From assembly GCA_965219455.1 (NCBI GenBank), contig OZ244744.1, positions 1,024,001 to 1,088,000 on the forward strand: 64,000 bases of DNA. The letters run 5' to 3'. Shown piece by piece: positions 60,772 through 64,000 of the stretch; positions within the stretch are counted from its first letter, which is position 1; every line of letters begins with the position of its first letter. The position numbers and the translations under genes are program-made. Source of the stretch: Candidatus Latescibacterota bacterium. Lineage in GTDB: Bacteria; Latescibacterota; UBA2968; GCA-2709665. Under the pieces are notes generated by a model. That model made no database searches. It worked only from the letters and a program-made list of their open reading frames with translations, and was not told the DNA's origin.

Positions 60772-61968
60772 TTACTCGACCTCCACGTTCGGCGGATGCG
60801 CAAAGTCGTGATAGCGTTCCGCGATCTGGCCTTCGGCCGCGTCTCCTTTATGCACGAAAAATCTGTAATGGCCTGTCAGGGACTCGCCGGGCGGAAGCAC
60901 GTGGTTCCCCCGACGTTCCGGGTCGCCGTGAAAATGCGAATGACCGAAGGGATTGGCCGTCATCAAGCCGTAGTTGCGCACGTGCCAGTAGGTGGGATGC
61001 CGAAAACTTTCGGGATGGTCCATAATGGCCACACCCACGCGGTTGCCGTTCACGGGCCCGGTATAGTGGCACCAGGCCGCTCGTTTGCCCCAGGTCTCGT
61101 CCTCGTTGGCGCCCCCGATTGCGTTTTCGATCTTTCCGCCCTCGCCGGACCGCACTTCCATCGATTCGGCAACGCGAATGGACGCCAGGCCGCCTTCTTT
61201 CGTGTCGCCGAACAGAAGGTCGATCTTCGGCGCGGTCAGCGTGAGGTGCAGGTCAAAAATTCGCACGTCCGACCCGGTACGGTGGAACGTCCACTCCGCC
61301 CGTTCCTCGCAGATCACATTCGACCCGTGCTCGCCTCGCCAGGCCTCAGCACCCTCCCAGTTGCTGATCGACACGATCCGGCCGTAGATCGGGCCGCTTT
61401 CGATGCCCTCGAATCGCTGGTGCCGGGTCCACGCGTGCCCCTCTCCCTCCCCCCAGTTGTTCCATCCATTCACGTGGCCATGCGAAATCCAGATGGAGCG
61501 GTGGTGGTGATGGTCGCCCTCCCCGGGCTTAATCAGCCGGCGCGTGATTCCATCGCCGTACGGTCCGATCACAGGGTAGAGGTGCGGTCTCACCAGGTCT
61601 TTCCCGAAGCAATAGCTCGTAAAATAGGCGCCGTCGATCCGCACCTGGATCCTGTTGTCGGCTTCCGACAACTCGACCCCGTCACCGGGCGCAGCCTGTC
61701 CCCCGAAGTGCAGTTCATAGAATGCCGTCTCACCCGCCGGTAGATCTTCCACAATCCAGCCGACCCGCACCCCGTCCTCCTCTCGATGCACCTGACAGGG
61801 GGTTTCTCCGTCCTGGCCGACCAGTGTTCCCGTCCTTTCCCGGGGCCTTAGCCGATCCAGAAGATCGAAAATATGTTGCATCCTGCCCGGCCTTTTCACG
61901 AACACCGAGACCGGACAGCCGATTCGCCGGTGGGGCCCGGCCTGAACCTTCAGTTTGAAATCCGCCAC
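60772..61968 (-). CDS. PmoA-like/DUF6807 family protein
   Basis: HLYPV, DHHHHRSIW, FGDTKEGG, MDHP, WHVRNYGLMTANPFG. Confidence 0.75.
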   Translation of the reverse strand: MADFKLKVQAGPHRRIGCPVSVFVKRPGRMQHIFDLLDRLRPRERTGTLVGQDGETPCQVHREEDGVRVGWIVEDLPAGETAFYELHFGGQAAPGDGVELSEADNRIQVRIDGAYFTSYCFGKDLVRPHLYPVIGPYGDGITRRLIKPGEGDHHHHRSIWISHGHVNGWNNWGEGEGHAWTRHQRFEGIESGPIYGRIVSISNWEGAEAWRGEHGSNVICEERAEWTFHRTGSDVRIFDLHLTLTAPKIDLLFGDTKEGGLASIRVAESMEVRSGEGGKIENAIGGANEDETWGKRAAWCHYTGPVNGNRVGVAIMDHPESFRHPTYWHVRNYGLMTANPFGHSHFHGDPERRGNHVLPPGESLTGHYRFFVHKGDAAEGQIAERYHDFAHPPNVEVE

Positions 61969-62231
61969 ATAGTCCTCCCTGAAAAGCGTAAGACGTCAGA
62001 CGTGAGAAGGAAGACGGAAAAGCATGTCGTTTTCTCCCTCCTTACTCCTTGCATATAAAATAAGCTCCTGGAGGTCTGCCCAGACATTCAATACATCTCA
62101 AAGGCGTAAGTGCAGGACGTTAAATTTAAAAAAGTCACAATAAGGATTCGGTCTTCTCACTTCTCCCGTCTTTCCACTTTCTTCTCACCGCCTTTAATAA
62201 TCAATCATCCGTCGATGTCAAGCGGAATCGC

Positions 62232-62260
62232 TTGACGGAGGGCGGCCGAACCACTATCTT
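62232..62260 (+). promoter_or_regulatory. Sigma70-type promoter of the thi operon
   Basis: TTGACG-17 nt-TATCTT immediately before the riboswitch. Confidence 0.65.
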
Positions 62261-62262
62261 AA

Positions 62263-62345
62263 CCTTGCAGGGGTGCTCGCCCGCCGAGCTGAGAACATAC
62301 CCTTTGAACCTGATCCGGATTATGCCGGCGCAGGGAGTCCAAGAA
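62263..62345 (+). ncRNA. TPP riboswitch
   Basis: GGGGTGC...GCTGAGA..ATACCCTTTGAACCTGATCCGGATTATGCCGGCGCAGGGA upstream of thiO. Confidence 0.95.
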
Positions 62346-62354
62346 CCGCACCCC

Positions 62355-62392
62355 AGCCGCTTTTCGACCTGATCGAGGGCGGCGGCTTTTTT
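62355..62392 (+). terminator. Riboswitch expression-platform terminator
   Basis: AGCCGC...GCGGCT stem followed by a T run, 13 nt before the thiO start. Confidence 0.75.
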
Positions 62393-62405
62393 AGGACTGT
62401 GTCAG

Positions 62406-63542
62406 GTGCCATCGGACCGGATCATTATCATCGGCGCGGGCATTATCGGGCTCGGCATCGGCTGGCGACTGGCCAGGGCGGGGCGGGACGTCCTGATTTT
62501 CGATAGAGACCGCGCGGGTCAGGCCGCAAGCCGGGCCTCAGCCGGTATGCTCACGCCCCTGGCGGAGGTGCGTCACGAAGAAGAAGCGCTCCTGCGCCTT
62601 GGCCTGAAGAGTCTCCGTCGCTTCCCCGATTTTGTCGCTGAGCTCGAATCCGACAGTGGTTTGTCAGTCGCCTATCGCCCGGACGGCGTCCTTCTGGTCG
62701 GCGTCACCCGCGATGACATTGAATACCTCCGTTTCCGCTATGGCTATCAGCAGGACCTGGGCCTGCCCGTCGAGTGGCTTAACGGAGCCGAAGCGCGCGC
62801 GCGGGAGCCTCATCTTTCGCCTCAGATCGGCGCCGCGGTCTGGTGCCCGGGAGACCATCAGGTGGACAATCGCCTGCTGGTGGAAGCCCTGCGGCGGGCA
62901 TTTCTCAAGGCCGGCGGATCCCTCAGGGAATCCACGCCGGTCGAGACCCTCGACATCGCTCGGAACCGGGTCCACGGCGTCATAGCCGAGGACAAGACTT
63001 ATCCGGCGGAGACGGTCATCCTGGCCGCCGGCTGCTGGTCCCGCCTCATCCCGGGCCTTCCCGACGCCGCCAAACCCCCTGTCCGCCCCGTGCGGGGCCA
63101 GATCCTCCGCCTGCAAATGACCGACGACTGCACGCTGAAAACCATCGTATGGTACAACCGCACCGCATCATCGGCGGTCGCCTACCTGTGTCCAAAAGAC
63201 GGCGGGCGCCTGGTGTTGGGGGCCACTTCCGAAGAAATGGGTTTCAATGGGAGCCTGACGGCGGGCGGCGTATTCGAACTCCTGCGCGCCGCCTGGGAGG
63301 TCGTTCCCGGAATCTACGACCTGCCGATCATCGAAACCGCCGCCGGTCTTCGCCCGGGCAGCCGGGACGACGCGCCCATCCTCGGGAAAACCTCCGTCGA
63401 CGGCCTCATTATGGCCACGGGCCACTACCGCAAGGGCATCCTGCTCGCTCCCATCACCGCCGATGCCCTTGCCGAACTCATACTCACGGGCCACACGCCG
63501 GAAGAAATCCGACCCTTCGGCATCGACCGCTTCGTCGCCTGA
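62406..63542 (+). CDS. thiO: Glycine oxidase ThiO
   Basis: GAGIIG, ASAGML, PVRGQ, GLRP, GHYRKGILLAP; thiamine operon context. Confidence 0.93.
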   Translation: MPSDRIIIIGAGIIGLGIGWRLARAGRDVLIFDRDRAGQAASRASAGMLTPLAEVRHEEEALLRLGLKSLRRFPDFVAELESDSGLSVAYRPDGVLLVGVTRDDIEYLRFRYGYQQDLGLPVEWLNGAEARAREPHLSPQIGAAVWCPGDHQVDNRLLVEALRRAFLKAGGSLRESTPVETLDIARNRVHGVIAEDKTYPAETVILAAGCWSRLIPGLPDAAKPPVRPVRGQILRLQMTDDCTLKTIVWYNRTASSAVAYLCPKDGGRLVLGATSEEMGFNGSLTAGGVFELLRAAWEVVPGIYDLPIIETAAGLRPGSRDDAPILGKTSVDGLIMATGHYRKGILLAPITADALAELILTGHTPEEIRPFGIDRFVA

Positions 63543-63553
63543 AACATAACACC

Positions 63554-63760
63554 ATGCAGATTACTTTGAACGGGGAAAACAGAACGGTCGACAACGGCAT
63601 CTCCATCCGGGATCTGCTGATCGACCTTTCGCACGACCCGGGCCGCAGGGGCATCGCGGTTGCCGTCAACGCCGAAATCGTATCCGGAGCGGAGTGGTCG
63701 ACAACCCGGCTGGAAAACGGGGACAGGGTGGACATCATCGCAGCGGTACAGGGCGGATAG
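63554..63760 (+). CDS. thiS: Sulfur carrier protein ThiS
   Basis: MQITLNGE...IAVAVN...C-terminal VQGG. Confidence 0.95.
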   Translation: MQITLNGENRTVDNGISIRDLLIDLSHDPGRRGIAVAVNAEIVSGAEWSTTRLENGDRVDIIAAVQGG

Positions 63761-63885
63761 TTTTCTGCCGCCCGCACCGCGAAGCGCGCGGCGCGGTGAG
63801 CGACGTCATTCCATTGTCGTACAGGCCGCAGGGGCATCCGCTTCCGGCGGTCCCTATGTCCGAACCATTTCCAGAGAGGGGAAAT

Positions 63886-64000
63886 ATGTCTGATGGTCTG
63901 ACCATTGCAGGCGCGACGTACAGTTCCCGTCTCATCATCGGGACGGCCCGTTATCCCAATATGCAGATTATGCTGAACGCCATCCGCGCCAGCGGCGCGG
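63886..64000 (+). CDS. thiG: Thiazole synthase ThiG, N-terminus (partial)
   Basis: Own translation MSDGLTIAGATYSSRLIIGTARYP...IRASGA; follows thiS. Confidence 0.9.
   Translation, partial: MSDGLTIAGATYSSRLIIGTARYPNMQIMLNAIRASGA

Noticed and set aside
60772-61968. Methane monooxygenase interpretation of the PmoA-like label
   Set aside because: The protein is soluble-looking with no pmoCAB context; the family name does not imply methanotrophy.
1-64000. tRNA/rRNA genes, prophage, integron, retron or DGR
   Set aside because: No recognisable tRNA or rRNA, integrase, phage structural gene or reverse transcriptase in the window.

Overview
A ~60% GC bacterial chromosomal window of mostly catabolic and housekeeping genes: acyl-CoA ligases, a thiolase/DUF35 pair, lactonases, mannonate dehydratase, aldolase, sulfatase, a TonB system, an Lhr helicase, infA, and a TPP-riboswitch thiO-thiS-thiG operon. 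Accessory content includes a HepT/MNT toxin-antitoxin pair, an ABC-F protein, an NlaIII/IceA1-like restriction-modification pair, one complete IS630, one complete IS1380, and IS remnants. The main findings are as follows. (1) Removing the IS1380 (TTAG target duplication) rejoins 35569-36383 and 37941-39441 into one ~771-aa ORF. It fuses a restriction-type N-terminal domain, a PD-(D/E)xK-like nuclease and a nitrilase-fold domain with an E-K-C triad, and is a candidate undescribed defence enzyme. (2) A family of 27/33-nt CCTGCC...GGCAGG palindromic micro-insertions has both filled and empty sites in the window, one of them in-frame inside a transposase. (3) A ~210-bp dispersed element occurs in three copies with compensatory base-pair changes around a variable core. 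Family assignments come from recognising motifs by eye, not from database searches.
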